DNA of 64,000 nt from Lytechinus pictus (taxonomy: Eukaryota). The stretch is from the NCBI RefSeq assembly GCF_037042905.1, contig NC_087248.1:1860001-1924000 (forward strand), in the 5' to 3' direction. Position numbers and translations under genes: made by a program. The notes beneath the pieces were generated by a model that was given only the letters and a program-made list of their open reading frames with translations, did no database searches and was not told the origin of the DNA. How positions within the stretch are numbered: position 1 is the first letter of the stretch; each line of letters begins with the position of its first letter. Shown here piece after piece: positions 37,887 to 51,367 of this stretch.

Positions 37887-40800
37887 ATGGAGTTCACTAT
37901 CTACAAATACCCATGTGCCTGTTGTATGAAACCGGTTAAGAACAATCAGAAGGGACTGAAGTGTACCAAATGCAATCAATGGCTACATATCATTTGTGCT
38001 GGTATTCCTGAAGAGATCTACAATGACAAGTCAGAGAACTTTTTCGGTTGGCAATGCAACATTTGTATTTTTAAGGACATGCCCTTCTATAATGAATCGG
38101 AAAATATCACTATTCGAGAGTCAGTTAATGTCAGTACAAATACTACCAACCGAAACATTGCTTGTATTCATGGTTTATACTACCAAGAATTACGTGGTAA
38201 TGGCCTTAATATCGCCCATTTAAATGTTAACAGCCTACTGAGACACATTGAAGAAGTGAGAACATTTGTTAAGACTAACAAGGTTCAGGTATTCGCAGTT
38301 AATGAAACAAAAACAGATGAATCTATCTATGATAAAGAAATTATGATTGACGATTACAATTTGGTTCGTAAAGACAGAGTTCGACAGGGTGGTGGAGTAG
38401 CCATTTATCTCCACAAATCATTACATTTTGAAAAAATAATTCATGAATTCCTTGATGATTTAGAAGCACTTGTTATTAAGGTTTATCTCAAGTTTTCAAA
38501 ACCTCTCATCGTATCAACTTGGTATAGACCACCATCCTCAGATATTGGAATCTTTAATTTGTATGAAAGATTTCTAATCGTTATTGACACAATGAATTGT
38601 GATATAGTTATAGCAGGTGACGCAAACTGTGATATCATAGCTAAACCCTTATCAAGCATGACCAAGAAATATGTTGATATAAATAATGTTTACTCTCTGG
38701 TCCAAGTTAATACCAAAGAAGCAACAAGAATCACAAATCTTTCTGCTACATTGATTGATCACCTATTAACAAACAACACCAAAAACGTAGTGAATCATGG
38801 TGTAATTCATAGCGGAATGAGTGACCATTCGATTAGCTTCCTGACCTGGAACTCTAAGATTTGTGCTCAGCCCAAATTTATCACTTTCAGAAGTTGCAGC
38901 AAGCTCAATATTGATGACTTTAGAAATGATATTCGTAACCAGAATTGGGAAAGTATAGATCAATGTAATTCAGTTGATGACGCTGTCGATTTATGGCAAA
39001 ATATGTTTTTACAAGTTGTTGACAAACACATGCCAAATCGTTCAAAAAGAATAAGTACAAAGGGTTCCCCTTGGATGAATGCAAATATTTGTAAACTTAT
39101 GAAAAAACGTGACAAACTTAAAAGAAAAGCTTGCAAACTGAAAGATGAAAAACTTATGTGCGAGTACAGAATATTACGAAATAAGGTAACAAATGAAGTA
39201 AGGAAATCAAAGAAACGGTATTACTCTGATAAATTTACAAATTTTAAGGTAAACCCAAAACAGACTTGGAAAACCTTAAAGTCCATTATTCCGAATAAAA
39301 AACGTGAAATACCCACAGTTTCGTCTAACTCGGATTGTAATACTGAAACTGCTAACCTATTCAACACTTACTTTGCAAATGTAGGGAGACAATTAGCCAG
39401 TGAAATACCCGATATGAACCTCCATACAGAAAATGGTAATTATACAAATGAGACTTTTGCATTCACTCAGGTGAACGACCATGATGTTTTGAAAATCATA
39501 AGAAATCTTAAAAACACTAAGTCTGTCGGTGTTGATAAGATATCTGTCTTTGTCTTGAAGGCATGCTCTATGGAGATATCAATGAGTATTGCTAAGTTGA
39601 TTAATTTATCTTTGTCAAGTGGTATATTTCCGCAACAATGGAAAAAAGCTAAGATTATCCCAATTCACAAAGGTGGCGATAAAAATTCTCCTTCGAATTA
39701 TAGGCCCATCTCAATTTTGCCCTGCGTATCTAAAATACTGGAAAGGGTTGTCCAACGGCAAGTTTTAGATTTTTTTGCGAAATAATTATATTCTGACACC
39801 TGCCCAATCCGGTTTTCGGCCAAGGCACTCAACCATTACCACTCTCCTAAAGGTAACCGATGACTGGTTTCACTCAGTCAATCTGAAACATTACATTGGG
39901 GCCGTCTTCGTCGATTTAAAAAAAGCATTCGACACCGTGAATTGTGATATTCTTTTGAAAAAATGAATAACTTAGGTATTTCTGGCACACCATCCTTATG
40001 GTTTCGAAGTAACATGTCTAACCGGGTTTGTAGGACTCTTATTAATTCGGAACTCTCTTATGAATCAGTTATTAACTGCGGTGTGCCCCAGGGATCACTC
40101 CTGGGGCCACTGCTCTTTATATTATATGTCAATGATCTAGTGAAATGTATTAATACATGTCATATCCAATTGTATGCGGATGACACCGTTTTGTATTTTT
40201 TACACCCCTCCATAGATAGAATCAACGAGGCCCTGAACTCAGATTTAGAAAATATGTACCAATGAATGTGCCAGAATAAGTTAAGTGTTAACTGTAAAAA
40301 AACGGTCTGTATGCTCATTGGAAGCAAGAATATGATTTTTAAACAAAATGTCCTTCATGTTTCCTTAAATAATACCCCATTAGAACAAGTTCATCATGTC
40401 AACTACCTAGGCATCATAGTTGATGATTATTTGAATTTCAATTTGCATATAGACAACATGTTGCAAAAAATAGGTCAATTAGTCGGTTTTCTGGGAAGAT
40501 TGCGGCGATCCCTAAGTGAATCGATTCTGAAATTAATATATAGTTCATTGATCCTCCCCTACTTTGATTATGGTGATGTTGTTTACGATGCATCCTTTAG
40601 GAAATACACAGACCGCCTTCAAAAACTGCAAAACAGAGCAGGTCGTATTATACTCCAAATTAAACCCGAATCTCATATATCTATTTTGGAAATGCATGAT
40701 ATACTTAATTGGCAATTGTTGGACAAAAGAAGAAGCGATCATTCCCTTATTCTCATGTATAAGATCATGAATAATCTATCTCCAAAATATTTAAGAAATG

Positions 40801-41320
40801 AATTTGAGTTAGTATCACATACGTATCCCTCCCGTTTCGGAACCAAATTTAAATTACCCAAACCAAGAACAAATTACCTCAAAAGATCCTTCAAGTATAA
40901 AAGCGCCATGGCTTATAATTCCCTTCCTCTTCACATTAAATCATCCCCTAGTATTAACATTTTCAAATCTAAGATTGTTGATCTGTAGCCACATGTACTC
41001 CGGTACCCCCTCCCCCATTCCCTGTTAGGTTTGCACCCCTTCCTTTTTTTTCCTTTTTTTTTTCGGTGTTTTTTTTTCGGTGTTTTATCTAAATATGTTT
41101 ACTGTTGATATTTGTATTTTCATTCATCTTCTGTACATCTGTTATTTTAATGTGGTTATATTGTGTCTAAATTATACGTTAATGTCAAATGTTATGTACC
41201 CCACGGAAGACCAGCGTGACTGTGCCAGTCACGCTGAATGTGGGCTATCCACCGTATTTTATTGTATATAATTGTGCTTTTAATACGGAAATAAATACTA
41301 CTACTACACTACTACTACTA
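37887..41320 (+). mobile_element. Near full-length CR1/L2/Crack-group LINE (PHD - APE - RT), inactivated
   Basis: CxxC..CxxCxxWxHxxC..WxCxxC; HLNVNSL, NETK, GGGVAIY, GDAN, IDH, SDH; YRPISILP, VDLKKAFDTV, GVPQGSLLGPLLF, YADDT; frameshifts ~39780 and ~39962, stop 40263-65; AATAAA + (CTA)n tail. Confidence 0.95.
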
Positions 41321-41741
41321 GGTTAGAGTAGTTGTGGATGATACGATGAGGTTTAGAGTATGACGTATATATTGTGTGTGTGTTTGCAAGTAGTAAGGGA
41401 GTTGCACCACAAATTGTCACCCCGAGACTGAAATCACAAATTGTCACCCCTGCACAAATTGTCGCCTCGCGACAATTCGTGCTGCACGTGCCGGTCTCAA
41501 TTTTAAGCATATTGTGCCAATTCGTGTTCGCAAAAAGAAACCTAGCTAGTACCACATGTGGCCCATTACACAAATCGTCTTCAAACACCTGTCTGGTGTG
41601 GAGTGTCGTTGTTTGTGCTAGAGGTGAGTGTTGTGTTGGTAGGTGTGTGGGTGGGTTATGCGTGTGCATATGTGTGTATTATTATTATTATTATTTATCA
41701 TTATTATCATTGTTTTTTTGTTTTTTTGGGGGGGGAGGATA

Positions 41742-42317
41742 GGTATATCAACTTGGTCTAGCAGTATGAGTTGGTCAAACTATCTGATCGTCTAATACCA
41801 TATGAGCTAAACCCATTTGCTCTAGTAACACTTTGGTCTAATGTATAGGACTTGGTCGAATTCTTGCTTGGTCTCATGACCACTCGGTCGAATACCCAAA
41901 TGGTCTAATCGCCTTTCCGTCTAAATGCGAAATAAATATTTCCAGTCTGTTACAAAAATTGTTGGCTCAGTCGGTAACGCGTCTGCCCGTCGAACCAAAG
42001 ATCGCGGGTTCGAGTCCACCCGGATGACTGAAGCCAGTGCGTTGTGTGTAAACGTCTCTCCCATTATATGCAGGCTATGTTACAATGGAGAACACTCCGT
42101 CCCTCGGATAGGAAGCTAAATGGAGGCCCCGTGTAGAGGAGAGTCACCACCTTTGCACGTTAAGAACCCACTGCACTATTCGTATAAGAGTAGGGGGAAA
42201 ACCCCGGTGTAGTGGTCCACCTGCATTCCCCCAAATCATTTATATCAGGAGGAGAGACTTGCGGGTCAGAGTGATTCAGTTCGCTTTTTGCCTCCCAGGC
42301 ACAGGTGACGTCAAACA

Positions 42318-42361
<44 letters not shown>

Positions 42362-42520
42362 TAAATTAGACCAAATGGAAATTAGAAGGAATGGTAAATA
42401 GGCAAAATGAGAATTAGACCAAAATGTAAACTGGTTGTAAACGATATGGAATTGGACCATGTATAGGATGAGGCTAAACGGACATTAGTCAAATCGGGTC
42501 TAGACTAACTGGCAATTTAC
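41742..42520. mobile_element. Merlin-like MITE (TTGGTCTAAT / ATTAGACCAA repeats) interrupted by a SINE
   Basis: Same short-repeat organisation as 46375-46730; halves lie either side of the SINE. Confidence 0.55.
41960..42358 (+). mobile_element. tRNA-derived SINE (family 2)
   Basis: TGGCTCAGTCGG A box, GGTTCGAGTCC B box, (AAT)n tail; close inverted copy at 44076-44468. Confidence 0.9.
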
Positions 42521-42780
42521 ATTTGGGGGAGGCTAATATAGACAACAGCAGCAGAGCCCGTGTAAAATATGGTTTTTATCCACTTGGTCTAACAATAGTA
42601 ATTCTCCGTTTGGCTTAAACCATTTTGGTCTAATAATAATTTGGTATAATTTGCAATTGGTCTAATATATACTTGGTCTAATTCGCAGCTATTTGTAATG
42701 CCCAAATTAATATTTACTTTATTACCAGAGACGTCTTCGCGACGAAAAAAATATTGGAAACTTCTCAGTATCGTATTCAT

Positions 42781-42968
42781 CAGGGGCCGCGGAACAGTTT
42801 TCAAAGTGGGGGGGGGGGGGGAGGGGGCTGAGCCAAAAGTGGGGGGGGGGCTGACCATGCTAAAAATCACAATCATATGGTCAATTTTACGTTTTTGTAC
42901 ACGGTTTTGGAAAAAAGTGGGGGGCTGAAGCCCCCCCCCCCCCAGCCCCCCCGGTTCCGCGGCCCCTG
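42781..42968. mobile_element. Palindromic MITE
   Basis: CAGGGGCCGCGGAAC / GTTCCGCGGCCCCTG; TTCAT on both sides. Confidence 0.8.
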
Positions 42969-44075
42969 TTCATGACGGGAATTAAAGTATTGGAGACGTC
43001 TCTGAGACGGATAAAGGACTATTTTGAGACGGTTTTGAGATTCCCAAGACTAAAGAAACGTCATGGGGCCTCAGAAGACGTCTCTGCGACAAGTTTCAAA
43101 GTCGTCTCAAAACCGTTTAAAAGTAGTCAAAAATCCGTCTCAAACGTGAGATACCGCCATCAGTTTCACGCAAATTGTTGTTAATTAACGCACGTACACA
43201 CGCCCTCGCACCCAGAGAAATATAGAAAGTTTCTTAGGAACTCTACATGACCCATTTGTGTGTGTGTGTGTGTGTGTTAATGGAGACAATTAAGTTAAGT
43301 GTTAAGTGAAATGGGGCGACAATTTGTGGTGTCCCCTCCTCACAAATTGTCGCCTAAATTAGGCGACAATTTGTGTTGTCAGTTTTTGCACAAATTGTCG
43401 CCCAAATCATTGTCAGGGGAGAGAATTTGTGCTGGGGTGACAATTTGTGGTGCAACAGGTGTGTGCGCGCGTATGTGCTGCTGTTTGAAAGGATGAAGGT
43501 GAGGGAGTGTGTGTGTGGGAGAGAGATGGGGCAAGAGGAAATAGATGATAGAGAAAGAATGAATACTTAAAGCATTATTATTTTATAATCCTTGTCGGTA
43601 CAGACTCTTTTATGTATGAAAGATTCATGATGTCTAGCGACTTTGCCTGTTTATCAATGTTTGGAAAACAGCAGGGGCTAGTGATCACTTTGGGCGCCAT
43701 TTTTTTCTTTTCAATTTTTATGTTGTGTATGCTTAGGGGAAAGGAGAATATAGGTTTGTGTGGTGTCATCGGGTTTCTGCAGATTCTAATGTTTCGTTTT
43801 TTAATTCTTATTTTGTAAGTTCCTTATGCACTTTGCGGGGTTTGCCTGGGTCATGTGGGTAGGCGAGGGAAGGTGAAGGTGGGGATCCGAAGGGCAAGGA
43901 TTTTTTTGGGGGAGTGGGATGTGCGGGTGTGTTTATTAATCTTTTTTCTTCTTTATTATATTACTTCTTTTCTTTCAGTGAATTGGAAAATGAATGGATT
44001 AATTTATAAATGATGTATATGTTCATGGATTACTTATTAATTGGCACCTTGTTCTTGACGTATTATTTATGAAGT

Positions 44076-44468
44076 TATTATTATTATCATCATTATTTGT
44101 TTGACGTCACCTGTGCCTGGGAGGCGAAAAGCGAACTAAATCACTATGACCCGCAGGTCTCTCCTCCTGATATAACTGACTTGGGGGAATGCAGGTGGAC
44201 CACTACACCGGGGTTTCCCCTTACTCTTATACGAATAGTGCAGTGTGTTCTTAACGTGCAAAGGTGGTGACTCTCCTCTACACGGGGCCTCCATTTAACA
44301 TCCTATCCTAGGGACGGAGTGTTTTCAATTGTAACATAGCCTGCATCTATGAAACATGGGAGAGACGTTTACACACAACGCACTGGCTTCAGTCATCCGG
44401 GTGGACTCGAACCCACGATCTTTGATTCGACGGGCAGACGCGTTACCGACTGAGCCAACAACACTCTC
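44076..44468 (-). mobile_element. tRNA-derived SINE (family 2)
   Basis: Reverse complement of 41960-42358 with a few extra 5' bases. Confidence 0.9.
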
Positions 44469-44819
44469 AAATGATGTATCATTTATGAAGTTATGAAATT
44501 TATGAAGTCGATTTATGTTTGTATTCACTGAAAGAACCAATAAAAGAATACTTTTAAAAATATGTTTGACCTGGGAACGCCAAATTAATATTCCACCTTG
44601 ATATTTGACCTGGGGCGCCAAATTGATTATCAACCGGGGGGGGGGGGGGGGAGCGCCGAATTCATGTTCGACCTTTGGGGCGCCAATTTGATATTCGATA
44701 CATATGCGACTCAAGAAAAGACTTTTTGTATAGGAAAGCTCTTGCATGGAATGCATATAATAAACTGATTGATTAGGGAATCAAATATATATCTGTCAAC
44801 TAAATTCTCTCTGTTAAGG

Positions 44820-45170
44820 GCATGTGTAGGAAATATCCTTTTGTATGGTTCAAAAACATGGACAATCAAGAAGTAGTTAAATGATAGACTAGATGACACA
44901 TTTACTCGACTTTTAATGAGGGTACAACATTTTTGTTGCAGAGATCACAAAAAGATGAAATTGATGGAGATCTTCCACTTATCTCCACCACGATAATTAA
45001 ACATAGAGTAAGATTTGCTGGTCATTGTTTAGTGAGAAGGAAGTTATTTTTGTTTTTTGATTTGTTGCGCCTCCCTCATAAAACCAGAGGACGGATACTT
45101 TTAAATTTTGTTGATTGCATTATGTAGGGATACAAATAATTCGTTACATTATATACAAACTCTCATTATT
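44820..45170 (+). mobile_element. RTE-clade LINE 3' relic
   Basis: ILLYGSKTWTIKK*LNDRLDDTFTRLLMRV and RVRFAGHC. Confidence 0.7.
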
Positions 45171-45372
45171 GTTGATTAATTTTCGGATGCGTCCGTTTAG
45201 TATTAGTCATTGATATGACCATTCGACGTCCATCGTTATTCAGTTGACTGCTTTGGATCGATCTAAATTTTGCGAAGCATCGGCAGATCTTTTAGTTAAA
45301 ATTTTGACCATCTCTTGTCTGCCTATCAGGGGAAACACCAGTGAATTTTATGGGGTGGGGAAACAATATGTA

Positions 45373-45647
45373 GAGGTGCTGTGGCACAGTGGATAAGTCT
45401 TCGGACTTTGAACCACAAGGTCCGGGGTTCAAATCCAACCGCAGCACTAGCGTCCTTTGGCAAGGCGTTTATCTACATTTGCCACTCTCGACCCAGGTGT
45501 AGTAAATGGGTACCCGGTAGGAAGGAATTCCTTGAATGCTCGATGCGCCCGATCAGGGTAGCCGTGCTAAAGCCGGGGTAATAGTATGCAGCGCTTAGAA
45601 ACATTTGTATTAAGCGCTATATAAATGTTGCATATTATTATTATTAT
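45373..45647 (+). mobile_element. tRNA-derived SINE (family 1)
   Basis: TGGCACAGTGG A box, GGTTCAAATCC B box, (ATT)n tail, AATATG on both flanks; absent from the source intron (~13600). Confidence 0.9.
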
Positions 45648-46374
45648 AATATGGTGACGTCATATTTCTCATATGGGTAACATAGTTATACAACCTATGA
45701 TCTCTCTTTTCTTTTCTCTCTATTCTTCTCTTTTCTTCCTCTTTTATATTCTTCTTATTTTCCTTATTTCCAATGCTTACGAAAACATAGTGGAAGTTCC
45801 ATAATAAAATCCAACATGTTCTTTTTAATTACCATAATCATACCTACTATGACTGGTGTACATTAATTTTTTTTCTTGGGGGGGGGGGGTCGAAGAGTAT
45901 TCCCTAAAAGTTCCATGACCACGACCCTGAGATAAAAGTAGGAAAATTGGAGTGAACAGGGGAAACCATGAAAATATGATATCGGTATTATGATAAATCT
46001 TTCACAAAATTAAATTTTAATTCAAAACGGCCTTGTTCATTTGAGAAATCCCCTAAATATCATTTCCTTTCCCCCTATTGTATTCAAATACTATTATGAA
46101 CATTAATTTCTTGACTTAAAAAAACCCCACCACATATATCTTTCATTGAAACTGTGATTTCATGGTTCCCATCTACCAGATAATGGTGACTCTTTATTTT
46201 AAAAAAGTTGTCATACACTGGTACAAGGCCAATGTAAAGATTGATCGTTATTGAATATTGCAATATCGCGCAAAGCGCGATGAGGTTGCCTAATTATTTA
46301 CGAAAGTGGCGCCTGTCCTTATGATATTAGCGGAGTGTTCAGAGAGATTGAGAAAGTAAAATACTGTTCCAGCA

Positions 46375-46730
46375 GGTAAATTGCCAATTCGTCCACTGCC
46401 AACTCGTCCACTCACCACATGGTCTAACTTTATATAGTCTATTGCCATTCCGTCCATCAACATTTTATCTAGACAACCATTTGGTCCAATTATCACTTCG
46501 TCTAATCACCAGTTCGTCTATGACCATTTCGTCTCATAACCAGTTGGTCTAATACCCATCTTCTTTTCATTCATTTCGCCCAATTAACACTTAGTCTGAT
46601 TAGACCAATTGTTATATGGACTAAATGGCAATTAGACTATATGGATATTGGACGAACTGATGGTAGACCAAATGATTTTAGACGAGTTGGCATTTGGACG
46701 AAGTGGCATTGGACCAAATGAAAATAAACC
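46375..46730. mobile_element. Merlin-like MITE with 8-bp TSD
   Basis: TTCCAGCA|GGTAAA...ATAAACC|TTCCAGCA; empty site near 14380; superfamily assignment inferred. Confidence 0.75.
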
Positions 46731-48058
46731 TTCCAGCATAGGTCCATGATTCCAGTAAGAACGTGGCATCATCATCATGACATCTATCATTTCAATTTGA
46801 CCTGGTTAATTATTTCAAAGTTCACTAGTGGTTTGTTACGCCCCCAATGTTTATGACTCTAACATGTCGGAGATATGATATTTGTTTTTCGAACTTATCA
46901 TTCGAACAAATTATAGAGGGTGTGTAGAGTTGGCAAATTCCGAGCCGCAAATTCAACTAAAATGGGATTTCCAGGAATGGAAATGCGCCCTCTACATCTA
47001 AATGAAGCTTAATGACGCCCTTTGAATATCGAAAATTGAGAAGTATCCTTTTGTGAATACTGAATATTTATTCATGTCTTATACTATCAGAAAAATCAGC
47101 CTGGTTAACATATAAACATACCTATAGTCAGTTGATAAAAAGGTAATTTAAAAAAAAAATCGCAGATCACTTAGCCAACACTTTGTAGGTCCGTAATTTC
47201 CAAAACATTTCTGAGAGTATAAATTGCTTTGTAATAAAGGCCCTAAGTCAAACAAGAACTTGTCATTTTCAAAAACTTCATTTTGATTTCAGAACGTTTA
47301 AAGGAAGCCGTATACGATTTTATGGGAAATTGTACAGAATTCCAGGAAAGAGTTAGCAACGTTAATAAAAGCAGGTATGATGATGTAAAGTAACTGTTTC
47401 CAGAAACCGACAGTTCTAAGTCAATATACATGTGTTTCCCTCAATTGACCAGTAAACGAGTCTTGTCTTTTATATGTTTTGAGGAAACCGGGATCCCTCA
47501 AACTTGTTTTTAATGCCGTCATGATCGGGGTTACAAAACGTGATGGGAAGTTTTGAAAGAGACCCATTTTCTTCAGACAAAATAATAAAGCTTTCAACTC
47601 CCAATTTATTATTTTTACAAGCCTCCTATGTCGAAGAGGGTCCCCTCCCACACCATCCCTGTAACAATACAACATTTCAAAGTATCTTTTTTCCTTTATC
47701 AACAATTTACAATGAGACCTATTAATCAATCTTGACAAACACTTCTAAACAAACAAGGACATTATAATGAATTCACAAAAACTTTTGAAACGACTTTTGT
47801 TATAAGACCTCATCGTTGAAACTCACTTATGTCTTTATCCTAAACATTTTTTAAATGCAAGTTGAAAAATTAAGAGTTATTGATGAGGTTGTTACGATAA
47901 ACTTTTCCAAGATAAAATACTTAGTTGCGCAATTTATTCTACTTAAGTAAGGGTGTTGATTCATCTTATCTTATCTCATCTGTTTTGAAACCTGTCAGCC
48001 CGTCAGCAGTAAGAGATATTAATGATAAGATGATACAGTTAGAGAAAGCATTTATTTA

Positions 48059-48658
48059 AGGTCAAGTCCACTCCAGAAAAAATGTTGATTTGAATAAATA
48101 GCGAAAAATCAAACTAACATAACGCTGAAAATCTCATCAAAATCGGATGTAAAATAAGGAAGTTATGGCATTTAAAAGTTTCGTTTGTTTTTCACAAAAC
48201 AGTGATATGCACAAATCAGTGACATGCAAATGAGTCAGTCGACGATGTCCATCACTCACTATTTCTTTTGTTTTTTATTGTTTGAATTATACAATATTTC
48301 CTTTTTTACAGATTTGACAACGAGGACCAACTTGACTGAACCATACTAAACAATGCTAATTCCACATGTTCAAGGAGGAATTAATCCTTGTTTCACTTGA
48401 CAATGGGGAGAAAATAAGAATATTTCATATTTCACATAATAAAATACAAAAGAAATAGTGAGTGGATGACGTCATCAGTCTCCTAATTTGCATACCGACT
48501 AGGATGTGCATATAACTGTTTTGTGAAATTAAGCGAGACTTTAAAAAGTCATAACTTTCTTATTTTACATCCGATTTTGATGAAATTTTCAGTGTTATGC
48601 TTGTTGGATTTTTCTCTTTTTATTCAAACAAACTTTTTGTTGGGGGTGGACTTGTCCT
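48059..48658. mobile_element. Kolobok/T2-like MITE inserted in a pseudo-exon, reverse orientation to the 1204 copy
   Basis: Splits ...GCATTTATT / AAGGAA..CCTGACAATAGG at a TTAA. Confidence 0.88.
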
Positions 48659-49540
48659 TTAAGGAACGTTACCTGACAATAGGCTTGATAGGTACGTAGA
48701 CTTCCGTTACTTCTCTAACTCTTGAAGTCGTCATACTATCTTTCCTACCCCTCTTCATTTATATTTTTCACATTGAATGACCAACAAAGTATTTCCTCTG
48801 CTAAAAGGATTATATCTGTATCTTTTTTATTAGCTTGGAAGCAAAATAACCTGAAAACTAAAACGCCTAGAAGCAAACCACACAAGAAAATCAACAATGA
48901 TGAGATTTTAGAAGAATAATAATATTGTGTAAATTTTGGTGTTATACGTATATGACATTAGACATATCTACCCATTGTAACCTTTGAAAAAGCTGAGGTA
49001 ATCTGATTTCTAGATAATGTACATATTGATTCATTTTGTAAATATTTGTTGATAGATATGTCTTGCTCGTTGGAACAGTGATTTATATTATATGACATTT
49101 GTATATAACTTGATATAATGTATATTATTGATGCGTTTTATTACGTTTCAAATACATAAATGGCATTCTATCACTCGAAGATGAAATTAGATTTTTTATT
49201 ACGAAGTGAATTTTTTGGTTGTTAAAAATGTTAAGTATTTAGATACAAATCGCGAGTCGGTCTCATTTATCACAGCAAATAACTATAAATAAAAAAAGAA
49301 TGTTACAGTGGACCATATTACAAACATAAAATAGTATGTATTGATATACCATGTATACTAAATAGATTGTAATAATATAAAATTTTGATCAAAATAATTC
49401 GTTTTTCTTCCGAATTTCTTTCGGGATTTTACTACCCTTTTGTCTTAAAAAAGCAGATAAATCTTTTGTTTTCATGACAGTCATCAAGTAGTTAAAATGG
49501 GCGGGGGATGGAAACAGAAAGAAGAAAAAGAGAAGAAAAG

Positions 49541-50350
49541 CAGGGACAGATCCAGCTTTCGCCAATAGGGGGGGGCAATTTTTTCACCCATTTTCCCCCC
49601 TCAAAGTTGATATTTAGACCTAAAAACGGGACACACTTCATGTTTTGTAAATCACGAAAAGGATGACTAATTAGGTACCTTTCTACGTTAATACGAGCGC
49701 GAAGCACGAGAAGATTTTTTTTATATTCTGATAAATTATGAAACTGGATAATTTAAGCACGTTTTGAATACGGAACACATTTATTGTGTGCACGTGTTTT
49801 TGAGATTTAGACCTAGAATCTGGGCATTCTTAATACATTTCTTTTATCATGAAAATCAATAATGTGCGAGCTGAAAAAAAAATGATTGCGATCTGAAAAG
49901 GGTAAATTTAAGCGCCATATCAAACATCGTAGGAAATTTTTGAAGTGTGGATCGTAATCCACAAATGATGCGAGCGCGAAGCGCGAGCCAATTTATTTAA
50001 TCATTTTGATCTAGCACCCGGGGAAATTGTAAGGACATTCTGTCATCATATGAAAATGACTATTGTCCTATTCCTCTTCCTAAGCGCTAGATGAAACTTG
50101 TCGATATCGATATTCCATTCTGAACAATTTCATTATTAGGAATTCATGAAACTGTTATTATTATTATTATTGTTTTATTTGGCATTCAAAAAACAAAGAA
50201 TACAAACAGATCAGAGACAAGATCAACCAAACTTGTACATGATAAAGAAAGATAGAGATGCCTTACTTATGATAGAGATACCTTACTTATCAAACTAATA
50301 TTAATGAGAGCGCGAAATCTGTTGATATTAAGGCCTGAAAACTGGACATT
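49541..50350 (+). mobile_element. Internally deleted relative of the 34892-36977 element
   Basis: CAGGGACAGATCCAGCTTTCGCCAATAGGGG start and GCGAAGC cores. Confidence 0.7.
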
Positions 50351-51367
50351 TTTAACATTTTTTAAATATTGTTTTACGACCTACTTGTGCGCATATGGTA
50401 ATCCTCTTATGCAGAGCTTATAGCGGCCGTTGATGGAGTGCAGGAGACCCATGTGCAGGAAAATGTGTTGATGCGCGCGCAGTTGCGGTAGCGTGGTTTC
50501 CCTACATGAGGTGCCATGAGCCTAATTACATCAGGAGGGCTAAAGATATTCGTTCGACCCAACCCATTCGATTTTTTTCAATTTGATATTGCTGATTGAC
50601 AAAAGTGTATGATTATGATTCAAAATCTAACACTGATTCTAGAAATGGTAACTACTGAACTTCCTTTGCCCAAATTGGGAAGATATATCAATGATTTGGA
50701 ACTATTTTTTGACTGGCGGAAGAATTGGGGCTATTTTACTGTTTCAGTTAATGAATTTGATCCCATCATAGTTATCTTCATAAATGGCGATTTATTTTTA
50801 AAATGAGCTGGCTACGATACCCTTCTCTGGTCAGATATGGAATGTCAGATATATATCCTATCCAAAGGTAGTAAACATTCGACCCTCTAATTTCACATTT
50901 ATTTCTTATGAATATTTCTTAAGTGCCATTTTAACACACAAGTCTATGGGGAATGTTTTACGCGCGTGACACCATGACTGTGAACCAACAGAATGCGGTG
51001 CCATGGGAGTAGGCATGTGGGGATCGTTTACACTGCATCTGGCACGGCGACGTTACACGGCGCCACGGCAATCAGGCACGGCGAAAAAAAAATCGATCGA
51101 CCGTTTTCCATTTTCCAGTGCCCCACGGTACGGCAAAAAATAGCCTTGCTCGGATGCCGTCCGGCAGGCAAAAACCGTCCGATGTACCCATGGAAACCCA
51201 AGGCAAATAAGCCTGCTTCAGGCGTGGCAAAAAGTGATTTTTGAGGGTTTTCGTTATCTATGTATAACATTTATAAATTAATCCTCCCCATAACCACACC
51301 CAACACTTAGTTTTCCATCTTCCCTGAATCTTGTGATCACTCCACTTAACATGGTAAATATATACCA

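Larger units (their letters stand above)
41401..43456. mobile_element. Unclassified TIR element hosting nested insertions
   Basis: 23-bp TIR GTTGCACCACAAATTGTCACCCC / GGGGTGACAATTTGTGGTGCAAC, with subterminal ACAAATTGTC repeats. Confidence 0.75.
34802..48691 (+). pseudogene. Partial duplicate NAALADase pseudogene. Exon copies: 34802-34854 + 37209-37236, ~45205-45293, 47293-47374, 47999-48058 + 48661-48691
   Basis: Colinear similarity to exons at 12316, 13267 (3' part), 14959 and 15937 and to their introns; lost acceptor, TAT>TAA stop, transposons inside two exons. Confidence 0.92.

Noticed and set aside
41960-42030. tRNA genes at SINE heads (also 44400-44468, 45373-45445, 27185-27257)
   Set aside because: They continue into SINE bodies and tails without a terminator.
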